DNA of 64,000 bases, from the NCBI RefSeq assembly GCF_902713615.1, contig NC_052146.1:70947238-71011237 (forward strand). The letters run 5' to 3'. This DNA is from Scyliorhinus canicula (lineage: Eukaryota). Below the pieces are notes generated by a model. It was given only the letters and a program-made list of their open reading frames with translations. It ran no database searches and was not told the DNA's origin. A program made the translations under genes and the position numbers. Each line of letters starts with the position of its first letter. The first letter of the stretch is position 1. Positions 36,154-49,210 of the stretch are shown in pieces.

Positions 36154-39100
36154 ATGGCTAATAGACAGGGGAAAGGGACAGGTCGCTCCGCGACCCGGTT
36201 GGTTACTTGGAACGTGAGGGGGCTGAATGGGCCGGTCAAGAGAGCAAGGGTTTTTTCACACCTAAAGGGACTGCAGGCGGATGTGGCAATGTTGCAGGAG
36301 ACTCACTTGAGAGTAGTAGACCAGGTACGCCTGAGAAGGGGGTGGGTGGGACAGGTGTTCCACTCAGGCTTGGACGCAAAGAACCGGGGGGTGGCGATTT
36401 TGGTGGGAAAGAGGGTGTCGTTCGTGGCGGCGCAGGTGGTAGCAGATAAGGAGGGTAGGTACGTGATGGTGAAGGGTAGGCTGCAGGGAGAGAATGTGGT
36501 GCTGGTGAATGTGTATGCCCCGAATTGGGATGACGCGGGTTTTATGAGGCGCCTGTTGGGCCTCATTCCGGGTCTGGAGGCAGGGGGCCTGATCATGGGG
36601 GGGGACTTCAATACAGTGCTCGACCCTGGGCTGGACAGATCGAGTTCCAGGACGAATAGGAGGCCGGCAGCGGCAGAGGTGCTAAGGGGGTTCATGGAGC
36701 AGATGGGGGGGGGTAGACCCTTGGAGATTTGGCAGGCCAAGGGCGAGGGAGTATTCTTTTTTCTCCCACGTCCACAGGGTGTACTCCAGAATAGACTTTT
36801 TTGTACTGAGCAGGGGGCTGATTTCGAGAGTGCAGGACACGGAGTACTCGGCCATTGCGATTTCGGACCATGCACCACACTGGGTAGAGGTAGAACTGGG
36901 GGAAGCACGGGACCAGCGCCCGTTGTGGCGCCTGGATGTGGGGCTGCTGGCGGACGATGAGGTGTGCGGAAGGGTCCGGAAGGGAATTGAGAGATATCTG
37001 GGCACGAACGACACGGGCGAGGTGAAGGTGGGGGTAGTCTGGGAGGCCCTGAAAGCAGTGATCAGAGGAGAGCTGATCTCCATAAGGGCACACAGAGAAA
37101 GGAAGGAGAGGCAGGAGAGGGAGAGACTGGTGGGGGAACTTATAGAAGTGGACAGGAGATATGCGGAGACACCAGAGGAGGGGCTGTTGAGGGAGCGGCG
37201 CAGTTTACAGGCCCAGTTTGACCTACTGACCACTAGGAAGGCGGAGACGCAATGGAGAAGGGCACAGGGCGCGGTCTATGAGTACGGGGAAAAGGCGAGC
37301 AGGATGCTAGCACACCAGCTGCGCAAGCGAGATGCAGCCAGAGAGATTGGGGGAGTGAGAGAGAAGGGAGGGAACGTAGTGCAGAAGGGGCAAGAGGTGA
37401 ACGGGGTCTTCAGGGATTTCTACAGGGAATTGTACCGGTCTGAGCCGCCCAGGAGGAGGGGGGGAATGGAGAACTTCCTCGATAGATTGAGGTTCCCAAA
37501 GGTCCAGGAGGAACGGGTGGAGGGGCTGGGGGCGCCGATAGAGCTGCAGGAGCTAGTTAAAGGGATAGGCCAGATGCAGGCGGGGAAGGCGCCGGGGCCG
37601 GATGGGTTCCCGGTGGAATTTTATAAGAAGTATGTGGACTTGGTGGGTCCAGTGCTGGTGCGAGCCTTCAATGAGGCGCGAGAGGGGGGGGTTCTGCCCC
37701 CGACAATGTCACAGGCCCTGATCTCCTTGATCCTGAAGCGGGACAAAGACCCTGTACAGTGCGGGTCCTACAGGCCTATCTCCCTCTTGAATGTAGATGC
37801 CAAACTGTTGGCAAAGGTCCTGGCAACCAGAATAGAGGATTGTGTGCCAGGGGTAATCCATGAGGACCAGACGGGGTTCGTAAAGGGACGACAACTTAAC
37901 ACAAATGTCCGGAGACTGTTGAATGTGATTATGATGCCAGCAGTGGAGGGGGAGGCTGAGATAGTGGTAGCACTGGATGCGGAGAAGGCATTCGATAGGG
38001 TGGAGTGGGAATACCTGTGGGAGACGCTGGAACGGTTTGGGTTTGGGGAGGGATTTATCAAGTGGGTGAAGCTGCTGTATTCGGCCCCGATGGCGAGTGT
38101 GGTTACAAACGGGAGGAGGTCAGAGTATTTTGGGCTCCATCGAGGTACCAGGCAGGGATGCCCCCTATCCCCCTTACTATTTGCATTAGCGATCGAACCG
38201 TTGGCGATGGCACTGAGGGGTTCAGGGGGGTGGAGAGGACTGACAAGGGGAGGGGAGGAACATCGGGTATCACTCTATGCGGATGATTTGTTGTTATATG
38301 TGGCGGACCCGGAAGGGGGAATGCCGGAGGTAATGGAAATACTAGCGGAGTTTGGGGACTTTTCGGGATATAAATTAAATGTGGGTAAAAGTGAGGTCTT
38401 TGTGATACACCCGGGAGATCAGGGGGAGGGAATTGGGCGGCTCCCCTTTAAGAGAGCAGTAAAGAGCTTCAGGTACTTGGGGGTGCAGGTGGCAAGGAAC
38501 TGGGGGACCCTCCACAAGCTGAACTTTTCAAGGCTGGTGGAGCAGATGGAGGAGGAGTTCAAGAGGTGGGACATGGTACCGCTGTCGCTAGCAGGGAGGG
38601 TGCAGTCAGTCAAAATGACGGTCCTCCCGAGGTTCTTGTTTCTGTTTCAGTGCTTGCCCATCTTTCTCCCCAGGGCCTTCTTCAAGAAGGTAACTAGCAG
38701 CATTATGGGCTATGTGTGGGCACATGGCACCCCTAGAGTGAGAAGGATTTTCTTGGAACGGAGTAGGGACAGGGGAGGATTAGCGCTACCCAATCTTTCC
38801 GGATACTACTGGGCGGCGAACGCATCGATGGTGCGCAAGTGGGTGATGGAGGGGGAGGGGGCAGCTTGGAAACGTATGGAGAGGGCGTCCTGCGGCAATA
38901 CAAGCCTGGGGGCGCTAGTAACGGCACCATGGCCGCTCCCCCCCACAAGGTATACCACGAGTCCGGTAGTGGCGGCCACCCTGAAAATCTGGGGGCAGTG
39001 GAGGCGACACAGGGGGGAAGTGGGGGGTCTGATGGCGGCGCCACTGAGAGGGAACCATAGATTTGTCCTGGGGAACACTGGCGGGGGATTCCAGAGCTGG

Positions 39101-39949
39101 CACAGGGCGGGCATCAGGCAACTGAGGGACATGTTCATAGAGGGGAGGTTTGCGAGCCTGGGAGAGCTGGAGGAGAAATTTGAGCTCCCCCCGGGGAACA
39201 CGTTTAGATACCTGCAGGTGAAGGCATTTGCCAGACGACAGGTGGAAGGATTTCCCTTGCTTCCCGATAGAGGGGTGAGTGATAGGGTGCTGTCAGGGTT
39301 CTGGGTCGGAGAAGGGAAGGTCTCGGACATCTACAAAATAATGCAGGAGGTGGAGGAGGTATCGATAGAGGAGCTGAAAGACAAGTGGGAAGCGGAGCTG
39401 GGAGAGCAGATAGAAGATGGGACATGGGCGGATGCCTTAGAGAGGGTCAATTCGTCGTCGTCGTGCGCAAGGTTGGGCCTCATCCAATTTAAGGTGCTGC
39501 ACAGAGCCCATATGACGGGGACTAGGATGAGTCGGTTCTTCGGGGGTGAGGACAGGTGTGTTAGGTGTTCGGGAAGCCCTGCGAACCATGTACATATGTT
39601 CTGGATGTGCCCGGCACTGGAAGAGTTCTGGGAGGGGGTGGCGGGGACGGTATCGAGAGTGGTGGGAACCAGGGTCAAACCAGGGTGGGGGCTAGCGATT
39701 TTTGGGGTTGGGGTGGAGCCAGGAGTACAGGAGGCAGGGGAGGCCGGAATATTGGCCTTTGCGTCCTTGGTAGCTCGGAGAAGGATCTTGATTCAGTGGA
39801 GGGACACAAGGCCACCAAGTGTTAACACCTGGTTAAACGACATGGCAAGCTTCATCCAATTGGAAAGAATCAAATTCGCCCTGAGAGGGTCGGTACAGGG
39901 GTTCTTCCGGCGGTGGCAGCCCTTCCTTGACTTTCTGGATCAGAGATAG
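36154..39949 (+). pseudogene. L1 ORF2p (APE endonuclease, RT, CCHC), split only by a +1 G in a G9 run at 36705-36713
   Basis: TWNVRGLN, LQETH, NVYAPN, GGDFN; after the frame change SRIDFF, SDHAP, GTRQGCPLSP, LYADD, CVRC...HMFWMC. Confidence 0.92.
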
Positions 39950-40896
39950 GAACTGGAGGCCGAAACAGCAGCAACCCGGGGAGAAAGGGGGGGGGGAAGG
40001 GAGGGGGGGGGATAGCAACGAAGGGAGCACGTCAGCGGGGGGTCGCGGGCAATGACTGCCCGAGGCCATCGGCAGAAAGGGAAAAACGGTTTGGTTGCTA
40101 GACTGGTAGCGCGGGGAAGGGGGGGGGAGGGTGGGGGGGGTGCGCGCGGGGGAGGGCGTGGGGAGGATTTTCCAGGGGGGCTTTGTTGTGTTATAATTTA
40201 AAATGTAGTAGGGGTAAATGTTTGTATCGAAAAATTTCAATAAAAATTATTTAAAAAAAAAAGAACAATGTAACAAATTATATTATCTGTTATTGTGCAC
40301 GTGGTTCAGAATTATTCATTTCCCTTCTCGTCCTGTTTGCTGCCCTTGACATGTGTGATTAATGTAGTAAATTGTTATATATTTTATTTTATGATTTGTG
40401 GCAGTAATGCTGTTTAAAACCCTCGATAAAAATACACGCAGGCGGTGTGTCTTCTCAAATGGAGATTAAGGATGAGTAAAGGTGAGATAATTTGATTTCA
40501 ACCATTTACTTGCTTACATAGAGATGGCTTATGGAACATTGTTAATATGTTTGATGGTTCCCTGGGGAGTCGATAATTAATGAACGATTATAGTTAGTCC
40601 TAGCTAAGCAGTTCATGCGACATCTGAGCGGGATACAGGTTATATAATTAATTGGAGGAGCCGGATCCATATCTGGATTTGGCACTTTGGATATAGAATT
40701 TGAATCTGACAAGACAGGCGGATTTTTAGGTTCTCCTGAAAGGGCCTCGCTCCAGAGGTCTGCACAGAGAACAACACACAATCTTGATTGTTAACTTTAT
40801 TTATGAATTATATTGGGTTGCTTTGTTGGACTATATAGTGTGTCAGATACAGATAGTGAGTTAACGTCTGTCCTTTAATTTAAGATTTGTTAAACT

Positions 40897-42010
40897 AAGA
40901 CCATAAGACATAGGAGTAGATTTAGGCCACTCGGCCCATCGAGTCTGCTCCGCCATTCAATCATGGCTGATATTTTCTCATCTCCATTCTCCTGACTTCT
41001 CCCCATAACCCCTGATCCCCTTATTAATCAAGAACCTATCTACCACTGTCTTAAAGACATTCAGTGATTTGGTCTCCACAATCTTCTGCGGCAAGGATTT
41101 CCACAGATTTACCACCCTCTGGCTGAAGAAATTCCTCCTCATCTCTGTTTTCAAGGATTGTCCCTTTACTCTGAGATAGTGTCCTCTGGTTCTAGTTTTT
41201 CCTACAAGTGGAAACACCCTCTCCACGTCCACTGTATCCAGGCCTCGCAGTATCCTGTAAGTTTCAATAAGGTCCCCCCCTCATCCTTCTAAACTCCGAC
41301 GAGTACAGAACCAGAGTCGTCAACCGTTCCTTATGCGACAAGTTCTTCATTCCCGGGATCATTCTTGTGAACCTCTTCTGGATCCTTTCCAAGCCCAGCA
41401 CATCCTTCCTTAGATACGAGGCCCAAAACTGCTCACAATACTCCAAATGACCAGAGCCTTATATAGCCTCAGAAGTCCATCCCTGGTCTTGTATTCAAGC
41501 ACTCTTGACATGAATGCTAACATTGCATTTGCCTTCTTAACTGCCGACTAATCTTGCACACTAATCTTAAGAAAATCGTGAACAAGGACTCCCAAGACCC
41601 TTTGAGCTTCTGATTTCCTAAGCATTTTCCCATTTAGAAAATAGTCTATGCCTCAATTCCTCCACCTAAAGTGCATAACCTCACACTTTTCCACATTGTA
41701 TTTCATTTGCCACTTCATTGCCCACTCTCCTAGTTTGTCCAAGTCCTTCTGCAGCTCCCTTACTTCCTCCATACTACCTGTCCCTGTACAGATCTTTGTA
41801 TCATCTGCAAACTTAGCAACAGTGCCTTCAGTCCCTTCTTCCAGATCATTAATGCATATTGTCAAAAGTTGTGGTACCAGCACAGACCCCTGAGGCACAC
41901 CACTGGTCACCGGCTGCCAACCTGAAAAAGACCCCTTTATCCCCACTCTCTGCTTTCTGCTAGTCAGCCAATCCTCTATCCATGCCAGGATCTTACCCTT
42001 AACACCATGG
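40897..42010 (-). mobile_element. 5'-truncated CR1 (RT C-terminal part to 3' tail)
   Basis: GVPQGSVL, KFADDTK, FSQRVVNLW; CATAAGA tail. Confidence 0.88.
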
Positions 42011-42157
42011 GCTTTTAACTTCTTTCGACTATGTTAAACGTATTTAAACTATTCAATGCAAAGCATTTTCTTTGATGTTAATGTGGTTAATTCTATGTTT
42101 GAATTGAATTTTGGTGGAATATAAAATATACCTATTGGTCAGAGTCATCACTCCTGT

Positions 42158-42502
42158 GGCAGCACGGTAGCATTGTCGATAGCACAATTGCTTCACAGCT
42201 CCAGGGTCCCAGGTTCGATTCCGGCTTGGGTCACTGTCTGTGCGGAGTATGCACACCCTCCCCGTGTGTGCGTGGGCATCCTCCGGGTGCTCCGATTTCC
42301 TCCCACAGTCCAAAGATGTGCGGGTTGGGTGGATTGGCCATGATAAATTGCCCTTAGTGTCCAAAATTGCCCTTAGTGTTGGGTGGGGTTACTGGGTTAT
42401 GAGGATAAGGTGGAGGTGTTGACCTTGGGTAGGGTGCTCTTTCCAAGAGCCGGTGCAGACTCGATGGGTCGAATGGCCTCCTTCTGCACTGTAAATTCTA
42501 TG
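42158..42502 (+). mobile_element. tRNA-derived SINE, full length
   Basis: Head, core and TTCTATG tail. Confidence 0.9.
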
Positions 42503-42899
42503 AAAGTATTCTTTCATCACAGTATTAGAAATTGAAAATTGTTTGTGGTTTCCCATCCGGTATCCTAACATAAATTGGGATCTGGTCCAGTATCTTAGTA
42601 ATATCTTGACTACCCCAGAATCCTCCAATGACTCTCAATTGTGCACTCAAATGAGGCTGTCTTCCCTAAATTCCTGCATAGAGACTTACGAAAATGAGTT
42701 GCAGCAGGCCATTCGGCCCTTCGACACTGCTCCACAATTCAACTACAACTTAGCTGATATTCTAACTCAATACAATTTTACATTTGGCGTCACTAATAAT
42801 CTGTTTTCAGACCATTCGTCTTTCAATTTTCCATACCGCACATGGGGTTATTATGAACAACCTGTATCCAATTTGTGGATATTTCTTACCATGTTGTAG

Positions 42900-43326
42900 A
42901 TAACCATTCTGGTTGATTGCTCCCCCCTTCCACAAACATTCAAATCCTCCATCACCGACGAACAGTGGCCGCCATGTGTACCAGCTACACAATGCACTGC
43001 AGCAACTCACCAAGGTTCCTTAGACAACAACTACCTTCCAAATCCACGACCACTACCATCTAGGACAAGAGCAGCAGATACCAAGGAACCCGACCACCTG
43101 GAGGTTCCCTTCCAAGCCACTCAACGCCCTGACTTGAAAATATATTACCTTTCCTTCGCTGTCGCTGGGACAAAATCCTGGAACTCCCTCCCAACAGCAC
43201 AGTTTATCTACTTCTCAGGGACAACAGCGGTTCAAGAAACCGCGAACTTCTGAAGGGCAATTGGGATGGCCACTAAATGCTAGCCTAACCAGAGACGCCC
43301 ATATCCCGTAAATGATTAAAACAAAA
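42900..43326 (+). mobile_element. 3' end of a second CR1/L2-type LINE family
   Basis: The same tail family occurs on minus at 13120-13310 and 54125-54800. Confidence 0.65.
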
Positions 43327-43879
43327 TATCAGCTTCTCTATGTGTCAGTGTCTTAAATATTTAATTACGTTGTCTCTCTCTACTAAAAAATTAATGTAAT
43401 TTGTCAAGTACTTGCACATGATTGAAACCTGTTCTTCAATGCATTTCATTATATATCTCCCGATATTTGAACCAGTCATTTAAAAACATATGCTGTATAT
43501 TCTGCTGAATACTTCACATGCTAAAACATTCTTGACTCTCAGACTATCTTATCAAAAGAATTTTAAGCCTTCGGTAACATTTTCATTCATGTTCCCGTTG
43601 CTTTGGGCAGTGGTCAGACTGTTAAACTGAGTTGGCTTACAATGAAAACAATGCGTTGTCCTCCACCGAAGTGAAATTATCCAACAGAGCTACTTCTGTA
43701 ACTGGACTAATTAAGTGGTATTAGGTCAGTACAACAAAATCTGTCTGTGTTGCTAAACATTATAGTCGGTAAAATGGGGGTTATCATGTACAATTTGGGG
43801 TTCTTAGCATTTATGTGATGTTTCCACGCAAATGAATCCAAAATACTTTGGATTTGTATATTGGATAGTTGGACATATT

Positions 43880-44037
43880 GGCAGCACGGTGACCCAGTGC
43901 TGCCTCGGGAGTGGCGGGGATTTGAGGTGGTGCGTGGGGGGGGGGGGGGGGGGGGTCCTGAGTGGCGTGTTCTTTCGGAAAGTCGGTGCAGACTCGAAGG
44001 ATCGAATGGCCTTCTTCTGCACTGCAGGGATTCTATG
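43880..44037 (+). mobile_element. Internally deleted SINE
   Basis: SINE head fused to the SINE 3' tail. Confidence 0.6.
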
Positions 44038-44697
44038 GAAAGTAAAATGTTGGTGCACCTCATTTGCTGTGCTTTAACTTTAACCTGAATCAAAAATCAC
44101 AACACCCGTATTGATACTGCAATACAAATAGGTTATTTTGCAGAGTATGAATTCTCTCTCCGAATCCCTTTTAAATCAATATATTTCAATTCTGAATGAC
44201 ACTACATGATGTAATGCGATCTCCTATTCACTGCAAGAGGGCTATTATATTTAACTCTTCCGAACTCCTTAAACACGTTTGCTCACCGGCATCAGAAAGA
44301 AGTGCACTCTGTGCTTTCTCCCTGATCATTTCACAGGCGGAAGAGAAAGAGCGAATGTTCTTCCTCATTTAGTCTCTAACCACTGGCATTTCTGACGGTT
44401 ATTTTGGTCACTATTGAATATTATTTTCTTCTGCCACGTCTACTCGGGGGACTGAAAGATTTAAGGCTGCGGGATTAAAGCTGATCAGAAATTCACAAAT
44501 CAGGAATCTGTATTTTCAACCAACTCACTCACTTAAGCTGGTGACTTTGAGACTGGATGGGCCAATTCTGACACACGTACTTCTGGGCCTGATGGAAAAC
44601 CTGGAACTGAATTACGTTAATCAATCACAGTGATGAAAGCATCTTGCCTTTTCAAACTCCCCTAACTCATGCATTTTTGATAACAATGTATAACAAT

Positions 44698-45132
44698 GTT
44701 GGGTTACGGGTATAGGGTGGATACGTGGGTTTGAGTAGGGTGACCATTTCTCGGCACAACATCGAGGGCCGAAGGGCCTGTTCTGTGCTGTACTGTTCTA
44801 TGTTCTATGTTCTATACAAAATATTGATAACATAATAATCGTTATTATCACAAGTAGGCTTCCATTAACATTGCAATGAAGTTTACTGTGAAAAGCTCCT
44901 ACCCGCCACATTCCGGCGCCTGTTCGGGTAAACTGACGGAGACTTCAGAATGTCCAAATTACCTAACAGAATGTCTTCGGGACTTGTGGGAGGAAACCGG
45001 AGCACCCGGAGGAATCCCACACAGACACAGGGAGAACGTGCAGACTCCGCACAGACAGTGACCCAAGCCAGGAATCGAACCTGGGACCTTGGAGCTGTGA
45101 AGCAACAGTGCTAACCACGTAGTACCGTGCCC
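44698..45132. mobile_element. Two tail-to-tail SINEs (3' part on + 44698-44814; full copy on - 44833-45132)
   Basis: TGTTCTA repeats on plus; SINE core and head on minus. Confidence 0.8.
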
Positions 45133-46053
45133 CCTACAAAGGCTCAGGCGCCAAATCAGTAAATGACATTGAAGTTTATTGATCATAAGCAACTCTTCGA
45201 AACTCGCTAACAGAGGCAGAATACAGATATTATATATTTAAGAATGAAACTTTACAAACTCCATGTTTTCAAATGGGTGATCAATACAAGAGAAATGGAC
45301 AATAAATTGAACTCCTCACATCGACCAAGAAACAGTCACTGCCTCCGAGAAGCACCACGCGTTCCTGGGATTCGACTAGGAGGGATTCTGTTGCGGATCC
45401 AGCCCCAGGAATAACTAGGCAAATGTCCGGAAGTTTATTGGAAACCACCAGTACGCTAATAGGACAGTCAACTATTCCAGAAGGTCCTTCCATACTTGAT
45501 GTACCCAAAATTGACTCCCACAAGCCCGTTATATCTCAAAATATGTTGTAAGCCCACCTAACCCAAGTTATTTGAAATGGATAATCGTTCAATAATTCAT
45601 TAATGTGAGAATTACTTACCTTGACTTAAACTTCAGGGTGATGCCTTCTTTTAAGCTATGTCTCGTATACTGATGCCTTTACAAGAGTCCCAAGACAGAC
45701 TCCACAATCAAGTACATTGTTTGTGCCTGACAGCGAAGGAATCCAAGGGTTATCTCATCTATTTCCCAGCTGCTACAGCACGTGTACATTCCCATAAGAA
45801 AAGCTACTGGAGAAATACAGAAATAACATTAAACGACTTCTAATTCACTACTGGTTATTAATGACCTTTCCTTCAATTACGAGAGTAATTGAAGAACTTC
45901 GTCCTCATGAAATGATGTGTTACTAGTGAGCGACATTTTATTTTAATAATGTTTTGGGTAAATTGGTTCGAAAAGGTTAACAAAATCAAAGGAGCTTATC
46001 TTAGTGTTAGTACTAAATGCGCTTTAAAATATGATTATAACTTAATTTGCCCT

Positions 46054-46266
46054 GGGATATGGTGGCGCAGTGGTTAGCCCTGCTGCCTCACGGCGCCGAG
46101 TTCCTAGGTTCGATCCCAGCTCCGAGTCATTGTCCTCGTGGAGTTTGCACATTCTGTGCGTGCGTCTCAACCTCACAACTCAAAGATGTGCAGGGTAGGC
46201 GGATTGGCCACACTAAATTGCCCCAATGGAAAAAGAAATTGAGTACTTTACATTTATATTTTAAAA
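46054..46266 (+). mobile_element. tRNA-derived SINE (short-tail subfamily)
   Basis: GGTGGCGCAGTGGTTAGC, GGTTCGATCCC; relative of 57859-58050. Confidence 0.8.
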
Positions 46267-46913
46267 ACATTAAGTTATCCTGAAAATGGTTTGTGACACT
46301 AAAATTTAATATCCAGATTTACATACAAAGCAAGACTTACTTCCAACCTCTTCTAAACCCCTTAGGTACAACCCTGCAAGTCTAGGGAATTTGGCTCAAT
46401 TTATGCTCAATATTTCTCCTGGGCCATTTCTTAATTAATACTGATTTATTTATCATCCTCATTCTCGCTGAACCATTAGTTCCTAATTCGTTTCGGGTTT
46501 TTTAGGGTCTTCCATCTCGTTAACAGATATCCAGTCTTTGATTAATGTCTCTGACATTTCCTTAATCTTGATTATGATTTCACCAGTTTTTGCCTCTAAT
46601 CATCCCACATTTATAATCATTAATGCCCACTTACTCATGTACGTTTAGAAATTTTATAGTCTGTTGTTAGGGCTCTTGCTCGTCCTTCCTCTTACATTAT
46701 CAATGTCTTGGCCCTCCTTTGATGAATTCTAAAACCCTCCCAAACTGCAGGCATACTATACTTCTGTGTTCGGATTTAATTAAGAAAATATAGCGCATAC
46801 GTTATTACTTGAGCCTCAATGATACTAAGAAGATAGTGGATTTGATGGATGTTCCATCAGCAACAAATAAATACAGGCAATACCGCATTGACTTTTGAAG
46901 TTCGGTCAATTAC

Positions 46914-46919
46914 TTTATT
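46914..46919 (-). promoter_or_regulatory. Candidate poly(A) signal of the Ig light-chain gene
   Basis: First AATAAA on minus after the C stop (~280 nt downstream), followed by a GT/T-rich tract. Confidence 0.6.
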
Positions 46920-47195
46920 GAACAGCTGTATTGCGAAAACAAACTAGCAGTGATCAAATACTTAAGATGTAATCAGCACATTGTTGTCTTTCAATTAACA
47001 TTATCGGAAGCATAAACGTAAATTAATAAACGTAGACTTTCACTTATGATCAGATTTTTAACATAATAAGTTTTGCAAAGGGAAGATCCAACTCTTCAAC
47101 CTCCGAAACAAAATTAATTTTACCCTTTTTGTCACATAAAATAATTGAATAGAAATGAACAAACATTCTCAGCCAGGCCAAGTGCAGTTTTCAAA

Positions 47196-47518
47196 TCAGC
47201 TGCAACTGGACTTTGAAATGCTTCTTTTAAGCGGGTTCGCCAGAGCCTCGTGTTTGACCAGACACGAGTAAAGCTCGTGTGAGTTCCACTCTGAGGCTGA
47301 CAGAGTCAGATAACTGCTCACACTGAACGTGTTGTCCGCCTCCTGCTGGATCCGACTGGTCTCGACTCCATTCCCTCTGACACTGCCGTCTACAGTCCAT
47401 TCAATCTCCGCAGCTCCCGGGTTAAACCCGCTCACCAGACACACCAGGGTCGCCGTGTTATTTGCGGTGATTTGATCCGGTGACGGCGGAAGGACGGAAA
47501 CAAATGGTTCCTGCGGAT
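47196..47518 (-). CDS. IGLC: Immunoglobulin lambda-type (shark type II) light-chain constant exon
   Basis: The acceptor TTTTAAACAG splices in phase 1 with the J donor. Reads (N)PQEPFVSVLPPSPDQITANNTATLVCLVSGFNPGAAEIEWTVDG...YSCLVKHEALANPLKRSISKSSCS*, with C1-set Cys, Trp, Cys and a penultimate Cys. Confidence 0.96.
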
Positions 47519-47785
47519 CTGTTTAAAACAAATGAATAGGTCGAGTAATATTGGGGATTGCTTTTGTTGAAGCATGTTTTTTTCCGAAACAAGGTAATTC
47601 GAATTTTGTCATGTACTGAATTTTATAAAATATGTAGACCCCTTTGCTTTGCGCTTTCATTTAAAGAAGGCGGAGCGAAGGAGATTTGTGGGACATCTGG
47701 ATACGGAATTGTGAATTCAGTTTTCATGACTGACTGGAGTTGAACTGGAGTAGAGTCAGAGGATTTTTATGCAAACGAATGCATC

Positions 47786-48121
47786 CATAGAACATTACAG
47801 CACAGAACAGGCCCTTCGGCCCTCAATGTTGTGCCGAGCCATGATCACCCTACTCAAACCCACGTATCCACCCTATACCCGTAACCCAACACCCCACCCA
47901 ACCTTACTTTTATTAGGACACTACGGGCAATTTAGCATGGCCAATCCACCTAACCGGCACATCTTTGGACTGTGGGAGGAAACCGGAGCACCCGGAGGAA
48001 ACCCACGCACACAGGGGGAGGACGTGCAGACTCCACACAGACAGTGGCCCAGCCGGGAATCGAACCTGGGACCCTGGAGCTGTGAAGCATTTATGCTAAC
48101 CACCATGCTACCCTGCTGCCC
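47786..48121 (-). mobile_element. tRNA-derived SINE in the J-C intron
   Basis: Full head, core and tail. Confidence 0.9.
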
Positions 48122-48374
48122 TAATCTATATTATGTTTCGCAATGTCGCTGCTGAATAACATCCAATATATATTTGCTTTTAATATTTTGCTGACAATAA
48201 GACCGTGAATATGTAACTGCCCTGCCTCTACCCTGAGATGCTGCTTTGCCTGTATCGTTGAAACATATAATTAGAAACGCTGAGCATACAGCAAATTTGC
48301 TAATTAAAGCCGTTCAGCATTAGTACAAGTCATGAGATCAGGATTTACTGATGAACCTTTATGTTATAATCCTG

Positions 48375-48560
48375 TAAAAAGTCTTACAACACCAGGTTAA
48401 TGTCCAACATGTTTGTTTCAAACACTAGCTTTCGGAGCTCTGCTCCTTCCTCAGTGCTCCGAAAGCTCGTGTTTGAAACAAACATGTTGGACTTTAACCT
48501 GGTGTTGTAAGACGTCTTACTGTGCTCACCCCAGTCCAAAGCCGACATTTCCACATAACG
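48375..48560. mobile_element. Miniature fold-back Penelope pLTR insertion
   Basis: Inverted arms around a ~17-bp spacer (48439-48455) and a 12-bp TSD GTTATAATCCTG (48363-48374, 48561-48572). Confidence 0.85.
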
Positions 48561-48574
48561 GTTATAATCCTGAA

Positions 48575-48857
48575 CAGTGTAGCACTGTTGTTTCACAGCG
48601 CCAGGGTGTAAGGCTCGAGTCCCAGCTTGGGTCATTGGCTGTGCGGAGTCTGCCCGTTCTCCCCGTGTCTGCGTTGGTTTCCTCCGGTTTCCTCCCAATA
48701 TTACCGAAAAACGTGCTGTTAGGTGAATAGGACATTCTGGATTCCCCCTCCGTGTACCCAAACAAGCGCCGGAATGTGGCGACTCGGGGATTGCCACAGT
48801 AACTTCATCGCAGTGTTAATGCAAGCCAATTCTGACAATAATAAAGATTGTTATTAT
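48575..48857 (+). mobile_element. 5'-truncated SINE
   Basis: SINE core plus GGCGCCGGAATGTGGCGACT tail. Confidence 0.8.
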
Positions 48858-48984
48858 GTAGTTTCACGTTGCACTCTTGGGTCAGACTATTTCAACCCCA
48901 CACGGGAAACTGGATGCGCAATTTAAGCGGGCATTCCAGCGAAGGGAAAGTGGTTCAGGCCGTTGTGACAGCATTTGGATTAGG

Positions 48985-49210
48985 AACATAGGAATAAGAG
49001 TAAGCCATTCAGCCCCTCGAGCCTGCTCCGCAATTCAATGAAATCTTGGGTTTTCTTTGGCTCACTCCTTTGGCCTGTATCCCTTAATACCTTTGTTAGC
49101 AAATAAAATCCATCTCAGATTTAAACGTAACAGCTGATCTCGCAACAATTGCTGTTTGTGGAAGAGATTTCCAAACCTCGACCAGCCGCCGTGTGTAGAA
49201 ATGTTTCATA
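48985..49210 (-). mobile_element. CR1 3' tail fragment in the J-C intron
   Basis: Similar to the tails at 40897 and 52800. It is absent from the paralogous intron copy. Confidence 0.65.

Larger units (their letters stand above)
34215..40263 (+). mobile_element. Full-length L1-clade LINE (6.05 kb)
   Basis: 16-bp TSD AACAATGTAACAAATT (34199-34214, 40264-40279), AATAAA at 40239-40244, poly(A), and both ORF1 and ORF2. Confidence 0.96.

Noticed and set aside
34242-39330. Long antisense and alternative-frame ORFs over the L1
   Set aside because: These are expected shadow ORFs of GC-rich coding sequence and have no motifs.
44339-44348. GGAAGAGAAA, an Ets-IRF composite element 3' of the C exon
   Set aside because: A motif with eight fixed bases is expected about twice by chance in this window, and there is no supporting conservation.
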